A DNA stretch of 64,000 bases from NCBI GenBank assembly GCA_964016885.1, contig OZ024747.1, forward strand, positions 93,372,001-93,436,000, read 5' to 3'. Positions within the stretch are counted from its first letter, which is position 1, and each line of letters opens with the position of its first letter. This DNA comes from Eledone cirrhosa. Taxonomy: Eukaryota. The notes beneath the pieces are model-generated. The model was given only the letters and a program-made list of their open reading frames with translations. It had not been told where the DNA came from and ran no database searches. The translations under genes were made by a program, and so were the position numbers. Below, piece after piece: positions 52,401-62,385 of this stretch.

Positions 52401-52425
52401 GGCAACGTAAATGCCGATTAAGCAT
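31488..52425 (-). CDS. MARS2: Mitochondrial methionine--tRNA ligase, 12 coding exons, 1614 nt / 537 aa
   Basis: Manual splicing: 52425-52314, 51225-51110, 49136-49065, 46356-46270, 45595-45467, 44618-44513, 43076-42949, 42305-42196, 40545-40446, 36867-36756, 35714-35523, 31837-31488. All introns GT..AG with matching phases. Protein has an Arg-rich, acid-free N-terminus ([20 protein letters not shown]), [80 protein letters not shown], typical of class Ia MetRS of the mitochondrial type. Confidence 0.95.
32785..33398 (+). repeat. 48-bp minisatellite, about 13 copies
   Basis: Unit ttacagagtggactgggtgtattttattgtggcaccagcactaccact; copies at 33061, 33109 ... 33301. Confidence 0.92.
35149..35361 (+). 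mobile_element. piggyBac-type MITE family A
   Basis: TTAA-flanked TIRs. Confidence 0.85.
35523..35714 (-). CDS. MARS2: MARS2 exon 11 (anticodon-binding domain)
   Basis: [37 protein letters not shown]...LQDLP; gcag / gtaagt. Confidence 0.93.
36756..36867 (-). CDS. MARS2: MARS2 exon 10 (MSKS of KMSKS)
   Basis: [37 protein letters not shown]; cag / gtaagt. Confidence 0.95.
37848..38200 (-). mobile_element. Two adjacent SINE family 1 copies
   Basis: Short subtype about 37848-38035, long subtype about 38042-38200. Confidence 0.8.
39395..40020 (+). mobile_element. Degraded RTE-type RT fragment (antisense in MARS2 intron 9)
   Basis: [13 protein letters not shown]...[17 protein letters not shown]...[11 protein letters not shown]...[10 protein letters not shown]. 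Confidence 0.8.
40446..40545 (-). CDS. MARS2: MARS2 exon 9
   Basis: [33 protein letters not shown]; tccag / gtaat. Confidence 0.95.
40663..40891 (-). mobile_element. piggyBac-type MITE family A inserted in an old SINE
   Basis: Perfect TTAACCCTTTAGCATTTA / TAAATGCTAAAGGGTTAA ends. Confidence 0.9.
41089..41305 (-). mobile_element. piggyBac-type MITE family A
   Basis: Degenerate TIRs, same body. Confidence 0.8.
41685..41840 (+). mobile_element. SINE family 1 (long subtype, 5'-truncated)
   Basis: gttcaaatcccgccgaggttaactttgcctttcatcc... Confidence 0.8.
42196..42305 (-). CDS. MARS2: MARS2 exon 8
   Basis: [36 protein letters not shown]; cttag / gtaagt. Confidence 0.95.
42949..43076 (-). CDS. 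MARS2: MARS2 exon 7
   Basis: [43 protein letters not shown]; ttcag / gtaagt. Confidence 0.93.
43165..43436. mobile_element. hAT (Charlie-like) MITE
   Basis: TIR CAGTGATT..CC / GGAATCACTG; 8-bp TSD ctttagaa / cttcagaa. Confidence 0.8.
44513..44618 (-). CDS. MARS2: MARS2 exon 6
   Basis: [35 protein letters not shown]; cag / gtaagt. Confidence 0.93.
44972..45089 (-). mobile_element. Internally deleted MITE family A
   Basis: Both TIRs and TTAA present, about 110 bp of the middle missing. Confidence 0.8.
45467..45595 (-). CDS. MARS2: MARS2 exon 5
   Basis: [43 protein letters not shown]; tatag / gtaagg. Confidence 0.93.
46270..46356 (-). CDS. MARS2: MARS2 exon 4
   Basis: [29 protein letters not shown]; ccag / gtaagt. 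Confidence 0.93.
46978..47163 (-). mobile_element. SINE family 1, full length, fused to LINE
   Basis: GGTGGATTGGCAGTATCGGTAGAG...GTAGAAACAATTATT. Confidence 0.9.
47164..48878 (-). mobile_element. CR1-group LINE copy (RT region open), truncated at both ends, in MARS2 intron 3
   Basis: Near-identical to about 24495-26210; 579-aa ORF with YADD that runs into a SINE. Confidence 0.95.
49065..49136 (-). CDS. MARS2: MARS2 exon 3
   Basis: [24 protein letters not shown]; acag / gtaagt. Confidence 0.9.
49143..49400 (-). mobile_element. 3' UTR of another LINE family (ends gcccttgtggccaataaagaaat(att)n); clade not established
   Basis: Same terminus recurs at about 3240-3345 (+), 21575-21620 (-) and 37555-37585 (-). 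Confidence 0.55.
51110..51225 (-). CDS. MARS2: MARS2 exon 2 (HIGH motif)
   Basis: [39 protein letters not shown]; ttcag acceptor, gtgac donor. Confidence 0.95.
51754..51917. mobile_element. Degenerate hAT-like MITE
   Basis: cagacatgggcaa ... tttcccatgac ends with internal ggccgca motifs; TSD only partly matching. Confidence 0.5.
52314..52425 (-). CDS. MARS2: MARS2 exon 1 (start codon, targeting peptide)
   Basis: ATG at 52425; [37 protein letters not shown]; donor G|gtatgt. Confidence 0.9.
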
Positions 52426-53020
52426 GGTAGGGGCAAACTACAGTTTACTTAGTACAAACTGTTCGTGGGAGACAAACATAGATGTTATAAGTATGTACAA
52501 AAGGAACGAGAGTAAGTCGACAAGAGAACCTGTCCGTTATTTGCACGTTTTTCTGTTGATTCTTTCAAAGTCAGATGATAGTTACTCCCCTTATTTCAGT
52601 AAGCGGTGTAAATGTAAAATAATTTCCTCAATACGTAATTCTTTTCGTGGCGCACAAACAGCTTATTTTTCGAATTTAATTAGCAGTTAGCTTCCTCAGA
52701 TTACAGTTTTACTTCCATTTTCTCTTCTTTTGTCAACAGACAGAGTAGTTAGAGTGTCGGATTAAATGCCTCATTATTTGTTCCGACTCCGAGTTCAAAT
52801 CTCACTGATATCAATATTGCCTGAATAAAGTACCAGTCCAGGGGTAGTGGATTTGTTAAATCGTTAAATAAACAGACTGGATGATTCGCGGTATCTGCTC
52901 CGGTTCTGAGTTCTGAGATTAAATTCTGTCTTCCGCCAAGAGTTGCGCCCGGAAGATAGCGCCAGCAGAAAAATATCAAAACAATGGCAACGCTCCATTG
53001 ATCTGCTATGACGATTGATT
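52426..53020. promoter_or_regulatory. Probable MARS2 promoter / 5' region
   Basis: CpG-containing, largely non-repetitive DNA directly upstream of the MARS2 ATG, with ETS-like CCGGAAG/ACTTCC words; TSS not determinable. Confidence 0.5.
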
Positions 53021-53260
53021 CATTCGTTTCCTTGAAAACATTGTAGTAACTGGCCTTAATAATCACACACATATATATATATATATATGCAGAGAGTGAG
53101 AGAGAGAGTCTGTGGTACTGGGACGTAGGAGGCAACTATTCACGGGGGTATTAAATGTATGGGGAGATGCAGAATGGGCGCCAAGCGGTTTCAGCTTGTG
53201 TGAACACGCAAGCTGAAACCGCTTTGCTCCGCGGTCAGTATGTTACCCCCTATCTATCTT

Positions 53261-53296
<36 letters not shown>

Positions 53297-53298
<2 letters not shown>

Positions 53299-53480
53299 AT
53301 TGTTTCTACTTTTGGCGCAAGGCCAGCAATCACGCAGTGCATTACTGGTACTTTATTTTATCGACTCCGTAAGGATGAAAGGCAAAGTTAACCTCGGCGG
53401 AATTTGAATTCAGATTGGAAAGGGCCGTAACTCTATGCATCAAAGCATGGCGTCCGACCCTCTACCGATACTGCCAATCC
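53297..53480 (-). mobile_element. SINE family 1
   Basis: Full-length match to the family. Confidence 0.85.
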
Positions 53481-53601
53481 TATGTTAGGTGTGTGACACA
53501 GTGAAAATGTGGCCGGAGCGATATTGCCACATTGCCACTACAACAAAGAAAATACAAACAGGTTAAAGACGAACCTGGATCTAATCGATAGATATTATAT
53601 C

Positions 53602-53790
53602 GGTGAATTGGCAGTATCGGTAGAGGGGCGGACGCCATGCTTTGACACATAGAGTTACGGCCCTTGACATTCTGAGTTCAAATCCCGCCGAGGTTAACTT
53701 TGCCTTTCATCCTTACGGGGTCGATAAAATAAAGTACCAGTCATTCACTGGAATAATTGCTGGCCTTGTGCCAAAAGCAGAAACAATTAT
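53602..53790 (+). mobile_element. SINE family 1
   Basis: Full-length match to the family. Confidence 0.85.
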
Positions 53791-56630
53791 ATAAATATCT
53801 TCGATTGGTTTCTGGGTGCGTGCATAATATGCGTCCAATTTGAGGGAGTGTATAGTAAAAACATTAAATTTAATAATTTCTTGATTACTCTGATTTTCTA
53901 CGTCTGATACCATCATCTATCAGTCATCACTATTAAATGATACAACCATTAACTTTGGGAAGAGGTCAGCTGTAAAAAGGACAAGGTCATTTTCATTGCT
54001 TGGTTTTCAGTCAGTGGCTACTATAACTGCCACATCTGTCATCACCACTACCACCACAACAATCATCATCATCACCATCAGCCTTATAACTAATATTAGC
54101 TGTCTTTCACATATCTACATTCCATTGTCTTACAAATACCAATCTCAATTGTAGTTGTTCTCCTCTTCCCCCTCCTCACTACTATGCTCTCAGAGCAACC
54201 CCATCTCCAGCTAATTAGATCACCTAGGTAGCAGAAGCTATCAACTGCTTCCATAGATCCTTCCTGAGATTGAAAAATGTTTATTTCTGACCACTAACTA
54301 TCCTTGTACATATGCTACATACCAAATTTACCCTTTCTGTTTGTCTGCCTGCTATCCCACTACACCTCTTCTGTATCAAAGATTTACATTGTGTACGTTG
54401 TACAGAGTTTCTACATATCAAGATGGCCACTTTCATACTTACTAAAGCTTTAATTTTTCCCAAGTTTACACTAAGCCATTTTGATTAAATTTCTATTTCT
54501 AAAGCTGGAATTTATTCTCTAGCTCTTCCACCCAGAAACATGTTGATTGTTCCTCAAAGCCAGTGTTAAACAAACAGGTGACGATCGGTCACCAGCACAG
54601 CACAGCTTCAAATCGGGCAGTTTGTTTACAAATGAATCGAACATTACTCTTAATATTCAATATAACTCATACATACATATGTATATGTATATATGTGTGT
54701 ATGTGTGCATACTTACATGTATCAGCTGTGCTAGTGTGAAAAATAAAATTCCAGTTCTTTTTCATCAGCACATAATTATATATATATATCATCATCATCA
54801 TCATTTTACGTCCACTTTTCCCTGCTTGCAAGGGTGGGATGGCAACTGATTCTGGCTTGATTTCTACAGCTGGATGCCCTTTATAACACCAACCTCATTT
54901 ACAGTGAGTGGTGGGTGCTTTTTTTCTGTGGCACCTCCACGACCACTTTGCAGTGGAATGATATGGACCCCAGTCCCTATCATCTCATTTCTACAGCTGA
55001 GTAAATGTAAGTATATATATATATATATATATACATATACATACATACACACACATAAGCTTACCATACATTCCTGTTTCAAGGAGTCTGTCATGATGTC
55101 CAGTCTGATGAGGTAAATCAGCCACAGAAATATGTATTATGTAATTATGCAGCAATAAAAGAAGTTATTGGAATCTGGCCTTCTCATGTTTTCATTGAAA
55201 TGAATATATAAATATATAAATAGTATATTAATGTTGATCCAGGGACTTCTTACTGTATTTTCTCAACATGCTAGTGATTCCTCAGACTGGCTTCAACTAC
55301 CTGAAGAACTGGAAGCACATGGAAGAAACTCACTGCAATTAATCTTAATAATCTATTCATTTCTACTACTGTATTGAGTACTCATTCTTGTTTATTAATA
55401 CTAAACAGATTATATATATATCCATACATTTTAAATGCATGGAAAAGCGCCCTGGACCTTTCAACACCCTGGGGAGAGGGGGAGTAGTGCCCACTTTAAG
55501 AACCTCTGGTCTACACCCTCAAGGTTTATATCCAATAATTACTGACAAACTATATCACTAATAAAGAGACTTACTCTCTCAACAGTTCAGTACAGTTATT
55601 TGTAAAATAAGTTGTATACAAATTACACCTAATAGATGTAAGTTGGGAGTAGATGTTTTACAATTGACATACACACAATAATATTGAGTCAGAACATAGA
55701 TGACCAAATCAACAGGTTACTGGTCTACCAACAGGGATCTTGCAGTATTGATATTAAATCCTCATTGTTTGTGAAATACTTTATTTCATTCTTCTCTTCT
55801 TCAATCCATGACTCTGATTCTAGTTATGAACTGTGTAAAACGGTTTATATGTAATATTTACATATTGAATTATTTCACACAATATTCCATCACCAGGTGA
55901 TAATATTTTACAAGAATTTAAGGGATTCCCTGACAATGACCACAATACTGTGTTCAAATTATCCTCAAAATCTTAAAATATGTAACAGGAAATCTCTCAG
56001 GATGTCCTCCATTGAAAATAAAACCTTCAGTATGTTTCAACTATGTCATACAATTACAGGACATTCCTGTTTGTACAAATCAAGATTTATGTTTATTTTC
56101 ACATCAACAAGAAAGTTTTTACAATCATATTAGTAAAAAGTATATCAAAGTTGCAGACCTGTCAACTCCCCCCATCCGATGGGGAGATCTCCCACCCACT
56201 TTGGGGTGGGTGAGAGATGTCTTCTCTTGTCGAAAATGGGTATAGCGTTTATCATGTAAAATCTCCCCATTTTGCCTCATTTCTCCCCATTTTGGGGCAC
56301 CTTTTTTCGTGGTACTCCCCGTTTGTGTTTTTTGTGTTTGGTAGGTCTGAAGTTGTGTCATTCATACCATTTTTATGTATGTTTCTAAAATTATCTTAGG
56401 TTATTTTTAATCCCTCATAAAGCAAAGACGAAAAGAAAAAAAAATATAGCTCAAAGCTCTTTGTCTTTCAAGCTATTTTTATTTATTTCAAGTAATTAGG
56501 TCAAAGTTTATATACTCTTTTAAGTGAGATTAATCTTCATTAATGAACGGCACTGCACAATTGTTGACATGTATTTGTTAGCTGGCTCTCATGAAATCAA
56601 ATTTTCTTCCATATACCCATTACAACAATG

Positions 56631-57046
56631 TTAACTCTTTAGCATTTAAACTGGCCATATCTGATCAGAATTCTCTTACCTCTTTCTGTTCAAACTGGCT
56701 GTGACTGGCCACTCATACTTATGTTAAGGCAGGCATGTCAAACTGAGGGTCCTCTGAGGGCCACATGGGCCACATATGTTTTGTCTGAGGGCCACACACG
56801 ACAACTAATTATGCACATTACAACTAATTTTTTTAATTTCATCTTATGAAGATAAAACATACTTGCGCTGTAAAAACCTTTGTGCAGGCTGCATGTTTGA
56901 CATGCCTGTGTTAAGGTATTGTTCTCAAAATAAATAATATCATATTCTCCTAGATTCGATATTATGTGAGATAATTATGTGAGATAAAGCCTTTTTCGGG
57001 AAAGTACAATAGTAAATATAGAGTAATGTAAATGCTAAAAGGTTAA
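56631..57046 (+). mobile_element. MITE family A interrupted by a hAT MITE
   Basis: TTAA ends; body split at tgttaagg. Confidence 0.85.
56730..56908. mobile_element. hAT-superfamily MITE
   Basis: 14-bp TIR CAGGCATGTCAAAC / GTTTGACATGCCTG, exact 8-bp TSD TGTTAAGG (56722-56729, 56909-56916). Confidence 0.92.
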
Positions 57047-57684
57047 ACCTCCGTTATGTGTCATCCTTTGAATAATCATACAAAGACATTTTCTGTGAAG
57101 ATCCCATATTACAGAATATTATCAACACCCATTGACCAGTACATAGCACAGTAAAGATTTAACAAAATAGGATTCAAGCAACACAGTTAAATTTTAGGAA
57201 GAGTACGTGGTTTATTCTTTAAAAGATATAGGGTATCAATTTATTTTATAAAAACAGTGATGGCAGGAGAGAAAACAAGGGGGAAAATCTGAGGGTTTCT
57301 TTTATTTAGGTGCTCAGAATATATTCTATTAAGGTGTTTAGAATATCTTAGTCTAGATTCCTGCAGGAAATGAGGAAATGTTATGGGAAAGTTGATATAA
57401 AAATAGGTTTTGCGACCAGCAATAAATAAAATTAAAGATTATAATAAATATTTTGCAGGTTTTATTGCTGGAATGTTTTTAAAGAAAAAAAAAATACAAA
57501 CAAAAAATACAAAACAAACAAGTGTGTTCGGGGATCTAATTAAAGTTTACCAAAATACCTTTTGGTATTCTTTAAATTTCAGGATTAAGCAAAATCTGAT
57601 GACTGATGAAGATATTGAATGAGCGGATAGGAAAATAGATAACTGGTTACTTTGGTTATAACATTTTTTAGAAAAATATTAATA

Positions 57685-57895
57685 TCTACTATAGGCACAA
57701 GGCCAGCCATTTAAGGGGAGGGGAAAGTTGATTGAATCGACCCCAGTGCATTACTGGTGCTTTATTTTATCGACCTCACAAGGATGAAAGGCAAAGCTAA
57801 CCTTGACGGGATTTGAATTCAGAATGTAAAGGGCCGCAACACTCTGCCACAAAATAGAGTGTTCTACGCTCTACTGATACTGTCAATCTACCACC
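57685..57895 (-). mobile_element. SINE family 1 (long subtype)
   Basis: Full-length match in reverse. Confidence 0.8.
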
Positions 57896-58477
57896 GTATT
57901 TTTAGAAAAATAATAAAAACTTTCATAGACTAAATAAATTCAACTAAGAGATCCTTGATTTAAAAATCATTGAAGCTTTATATGTGGTGTGGAAGATGTT
58001 TGAGTTTGGAATACTGTCGATATCAAAGAGACGATTATATAAATATAGGATTAATTTAATCCATGAGTGTGGTGATGATGTCTGTATATATATTTTCGTA
58101 ATCCTGTTGGCATTTCAAATTTCACTCAAGTAAATTATGAGCAGAAAAACAAGTTAGAAAATGTTATTCATGCATGTATACATATGTATACACAATTTCA
58201 GACTTCATATAAAATCAGCAATGAATGGTAAATGTTGGTAGGAAATCGACATAAGGTTCACTGTTGATATAAAAGTATTTTCAGCCCTGAAAGAATAAGG
58301 AAAAAGAAAAAAAATGATTACGAAATCTAAGTATAACAATTGTTATTATAAAATTAATTTGTTAGCTCTAACATAGCTGTGCATATGAAATACGTGAATT
58401 CGTATATCTGGTGATATACGGTATGTTTATAAATAAACATTTTGAAAGCCTTCAGCTATGATTTGGAAACTGATGGC

Positions 58478-58496
58478 ATAGCGCCATCTAGCGTGT
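58478..58496 (-). promoter_or_regulatory. Candidate CTCF-binding motif
   Basis: Minus strand CACGCTAGATGGCGCTA matches the CTCF core C..YAGRKGGCGC. Confidence 0.5.
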
Positions 58497-59014
58497 TCCA
58501 GCAGAAGCTAAGGACAGGTAACTAGCAATAATGATGTCATCATTTCTGACTCTGGTCGTTATCAAGCTAGTGCTCCTAAACCCGCTCACTGCTGGAACTT
58601 AACATTAACGAAAACATATAGTTTAGAAGTCTACGATATATATGGGCTGATCAGCCTCATTTGCATATAGAACTATCAGCTGGCTTGGCCAGAAAATAAA
58701 ATTAAGGTGTTATATTTTAAAAGGTGAGAATTGCCCCCACCTGCCAGTATGTTAACCATCTACCTCACTCTACCCTGAACCCAAAGAAGTAGAGAGGTGG
58801 TACAATACTCAGGTCCCATCTACTGCTTGCCTATAATACTCCTGAATTCCCTGCAGCATGTCCCTGATTCCCTTTTCCCATCCTAAAACTGAGAAGCAGA
58901 GAGATGGAACAGCTCTCAGGTCCCCATCTACTTGTGTATTCCTTGATTTAGTTACCTTCCCTGCTGTACCAATGTGACCCCAACCCTTTCCCATAAAAAC
59001 TACATGAAATCTCC

Positions 59015-59162
59015 TACATGTTTAAGTTACTCATCATAAAACTATATTAAGTCCCCTTAATGTTAAAGTTACTCACCATAAAACTATATTAGGTCCCCTC
59101 CATGTTAAAGTTACTCACCATAAAACTATAAGAAGTCTCTTATGTTAAGGTTACTCACCATG
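59015..59162 (+). repeat. About 41-bp tandem repeat
   Basis: atgttaaagttactcaccataaaactatatta..tccc repeated 3-4 times. Confidence 0.8.
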
Positions 59163-59459
59163 AAGAGCCTGTTAAAATTTTGTGTTATGTTACTTTGAAT
59201 CTCTTGCATCATTGTTTCTTTCAGCTGAAAAGAAAGAACAAGTTAAATATAGCAGCTAAACAGTTGTAGTAAGTAGAGTGTGAATTAATGGAAGACTCTA
59301 CATGTTGAATGGGTAAAGAGCAGACTAGCAAGACAGTCTTAATTCTCTAACATTACAAGCTATACATCAGCTAGATGAATTAATCATGTTAGTTCAACCA
59401 TTGGAGTGGTTGAACTAACATGGTTGTTCTAGTCATTGCTTGTTGAGTATAAGGCAGAT

Positions 59460-59590
59460 CACAAGACCTGTCCTGACCATAAGACCTGCCCAGACCATAT
59501 GACCTGCCCGGACCACAAGACTGCCAAGATCGCAAGATCTGCCCAGACCACAAGAGCTGTCAAGACCACAAGACCTGCCCAGACCACAAA
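59460..59590 (+). repeat. 18-bp tandem repeat
   Basis: accacaagacctgcccag-like units. Confidence 0.8.
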
Positions 59591-59833
59591 TTTGCCATGA
59601 GTAAGGTGGATGAGATTTAAGCAAGCTACTAGATCATTCTTTCATCTCACTAAGATATCTAGATAGAGAAACGCAAAGCAACGATATACCCTAGAAAACT
59701 GGTTAAATAGAGGTCACTCAAGCTATGCGCATTCCTCAGAAACTGATTTCACAGTGAACAGTGAAACCAAGTGTATCCCTCAGTGGCTGGTTAGATAGAG
59801 GACAGTGAAACAAGTGTGTCAATTAGTGGCTAG

Positions 59834-60148
59834 TTAGACAAAGCACAGTTGTCCCACAACAAGCTGGGACTCAAGCCAACTGGTTTGATAGGGGACAATC
59901 AAACTATAGTTTTTTAAAGTTAAAATCTTAGACCCTACCTCTTCCATCGATCTATTCAAGTGGACAGCTTGAATATTATTCTCGCCAGTTATCTGGCTTC
60001 GTAAATTTTGCATTTCCATAGAAACAGATTTCCATCCTGATTGTTGATAGAATGGTGTTGGATTAGAATTCCGAGGTTCTGTAGTCATCTCAAAAATGTC
60101 ACTGTTCATGTGAAACGCACATAATTGTTCTTTTAAAACTTTAGTCAT
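59834..60148 (-). CDS. Terminal coding exon of an unidentified gene entering from the right edge
   Basis: gtag acceptor at 60150-60149, phase 0, 104 open codons MTKVLKEQLCAF...GQLCFV*, in frame with exon 62288-62141. Confidence 0.65.
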   Translation of the reverse strand: MTKVLKEQLCAFHMNSDIFEMTTEPRNSNPTPFYQQSGWKSVSMEMQNLRSQITGENNIQAVHLNRSMEEVGSKILTLKNYSLIVPYQTSWLESQLVVGQLCFV

Positions 60149-60354
60149 CTACAAAACATCATTATTACAATTTAGACATTCAACAACATCTATATAAACA
60201 ATTTACTGTTAACGTATTTAATTCACAGAGCATTAAAAAAGATGTAATAAATATAGAGATAGAGAGAAAGAGAAATGTGCTTTACTGATGAGGTAAAAAA
60301 AACCCAAACCAAGCACAAAATGTTCTTTCTTATTTGCTGGAAATATGAAAATCT

Positions 60355-60502
60355 TATTGATTTCTGACAAAGACATAAAGCCTTATTAATTTCTGACAAA
60401 GACACAAAGCCTTATTAATTTCTGACAGAGGCACAAAAAATTATTGATTTCTGACAGAGGTACAAAGCCTGATTGATTTGTGAGAGACTCAAGGCCTTAT
60501 TT
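60355..60502 (+). repeat. About 30-bp tandem repeat
   Basis: atttctgacaaagacacaaagccttatta units. Confidence 0.8.
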
Positions 60503-61257
60503 AGGAGATTAAATCAATCCACTACATGACAGGTACTTTATTTTATAAACCATGTAGGGATGAAAGGGAAAGTTAACCTCAGCAGGATTTGAGCTCAGAG
60601 CTTAAAGGATTATAACTAAATTTATAAGGATTCTGTCAATTCACTGAATAAATAATATTAGTCACTGATAAATATTTTAACTATTTTTAGTTAAATTTTT
60701 AGTATAATTCTCTACATTAAATATGTTAACATTCATTTATCCATTGTTCCCCATGCAGAAGGCATATCTTACTTTATGTTGATAGGGATCATGATTACAA
60801 AAAGTTGTTGTAATAATAATTTATTCACGTGAGTGGCTAAAATTAATAGGATGTTTGGTTATTGGGAAAATGATTGATAAATTTATTGTCTTCCTCTGTA
60901 CTATGTGGTGTGGTATATTGTAAAGTAGTCGTGTAGGCGTCACAACAAAAAGTACCCAGTACTCACTGTAAATGAGGTTGGTGTTAGGAAGGGCATTCAG
61001 CAGGAGAAACCAAACCAGAATCAGTTCTGTATGAGCAAGACATGGTCACCTGACCTAGCATTACCTACAACAGGACAACTCGTCTAACCCATGCTAGCAT
61101 GGAAAAATAGACGTAAAACGGTGGTGATGATGATATAAATATATACACACAAATATATATATATCATCATTATCATGATATATATATTATGTTGGTACTA
61201 CAAAACATCCAACCCACACTGTAAAGTGGTGTGTAGGTGTCACGACAAAAAGCAAAC

Positions 61258-61900
61258 ACCCTTTAGCATTTTAACCAGCTGTATCTGGCCAGAATTCTCT
61301 CACCTCTTTCTGTTCAAACTGGTCGTAACCAGCCTCTCATCCTGATGTTAAGGTATTGTTCTCAAAATAATATCAAAATCTCGTAGATTCGATACTATGT
61401 GAGATAATTATGTGAAGTAAACCCTTTACCACAAAAATACAACAGTATATATATATATATATATGAAGGCTCATGGCTTAGTGGTTAGAGCATTGGGCTT
61501 GTAATCGAAAGGTTGTGAGTTCAATTCTCGGACCAGGTGATGTGTTGTTTCCTTGAGCAAGACACTTTATTTCACATTGCTCCAGTTTACTCAGCTGTAG
61601 AAATAAGATGATAGGACTATCATTCCACTGCAAAGTGGTTGTGGAGGTGCCACGGCAAAAAAGCACCCAGCACTCACTGTAAATGAGGTTGGTGTTAGGA
61701 AGGGCATCCAGCTGTAGAAATCGAGCCAGAATCAGTTCCCGTATGAGCAAGACAAGGTCAGCTGACCGGCCACTGCCCACAACAGGACAACCCGTCTAAG
61801 CCATGCTAGCGTGGAAGAACGGACGTAAAACGGTGATGATGATGATGATATATATATATATGTATAGAGAGAGAGAGTTATGTAAATACTAAAGGGTTAA
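61258..61900 (+). mobile_element. MITE family A interrupted by a composite SINE
   Basis: MITE body 61258-61447, right end about 61875-61900. Confidence 0.8.
61466..61850 (+). mobile_element. SINE family 2: tRNA head + CORE-like domain + RTE-derived 3' tail
   Basis: TGGCTTAGTGG A box, GAGTTCAATTC B box, ccttgagcaagacactt...ctcagctgtagaaat core, then gttaggaagggcatccagc...cgtaaaacggtgatgatg. Confidence 0.85.
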
Positions 61901-62140
61901 GGTAACTCAAATTTTCTCATTCCTATGCAAATAACTAAGTATGAATTACTTCCCTTACATTTTGGATCTGAGACTAAATGAAACCCATTTATTTTGTGTA
62001 TCAAGTACCAAAGAGACTTGTGTGTTTTATAGGGGATTTAATCTCATTAACCCAATTTATATATTTTTGGGTCAAATTTAATTAAATGACAATCAGTGGT
62101 GAACCAACACCCATTTAAATAAAAACTGTTAGCTACTTAC

Positions 62141-62288
62141 CAATGGAATTACATTAAGCGATGACATTGTTGTTAATTCACTTTTTCCATTCCTCACAAG
62201 ACGTTGACGCTCAACTAATAGTTTCTCCAGATGACCAACTTCAATATTAACAGCTGTCCACAGCTCATATAGTTCATCCATCATTAAC
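62141..62288 (-). CDS. Internal exon of unidentified coiled-coil-like protein
   Basis: tttag acceptor, TTG|gtaagt donor; LMMDELYELWTAVNIEVGHLEKLLVERQRLVRNGKSELTTMSSLNVIPL. Confidence 0.7.
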
Positions 62289-62331
62289 CTAAAAGTGGGA
62301 GAGATTTCAAGATATGTTTAACAATAAATAA

Positions 62332-62385
<54 letters not shown>

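Noticed and set aside
60275-60320. CTGATGAGGT...ACC-CAAAC with tgtgctt/aagcaca flanks
   Set aside because: GAAA core is broken and there is no stem III; likely chance.
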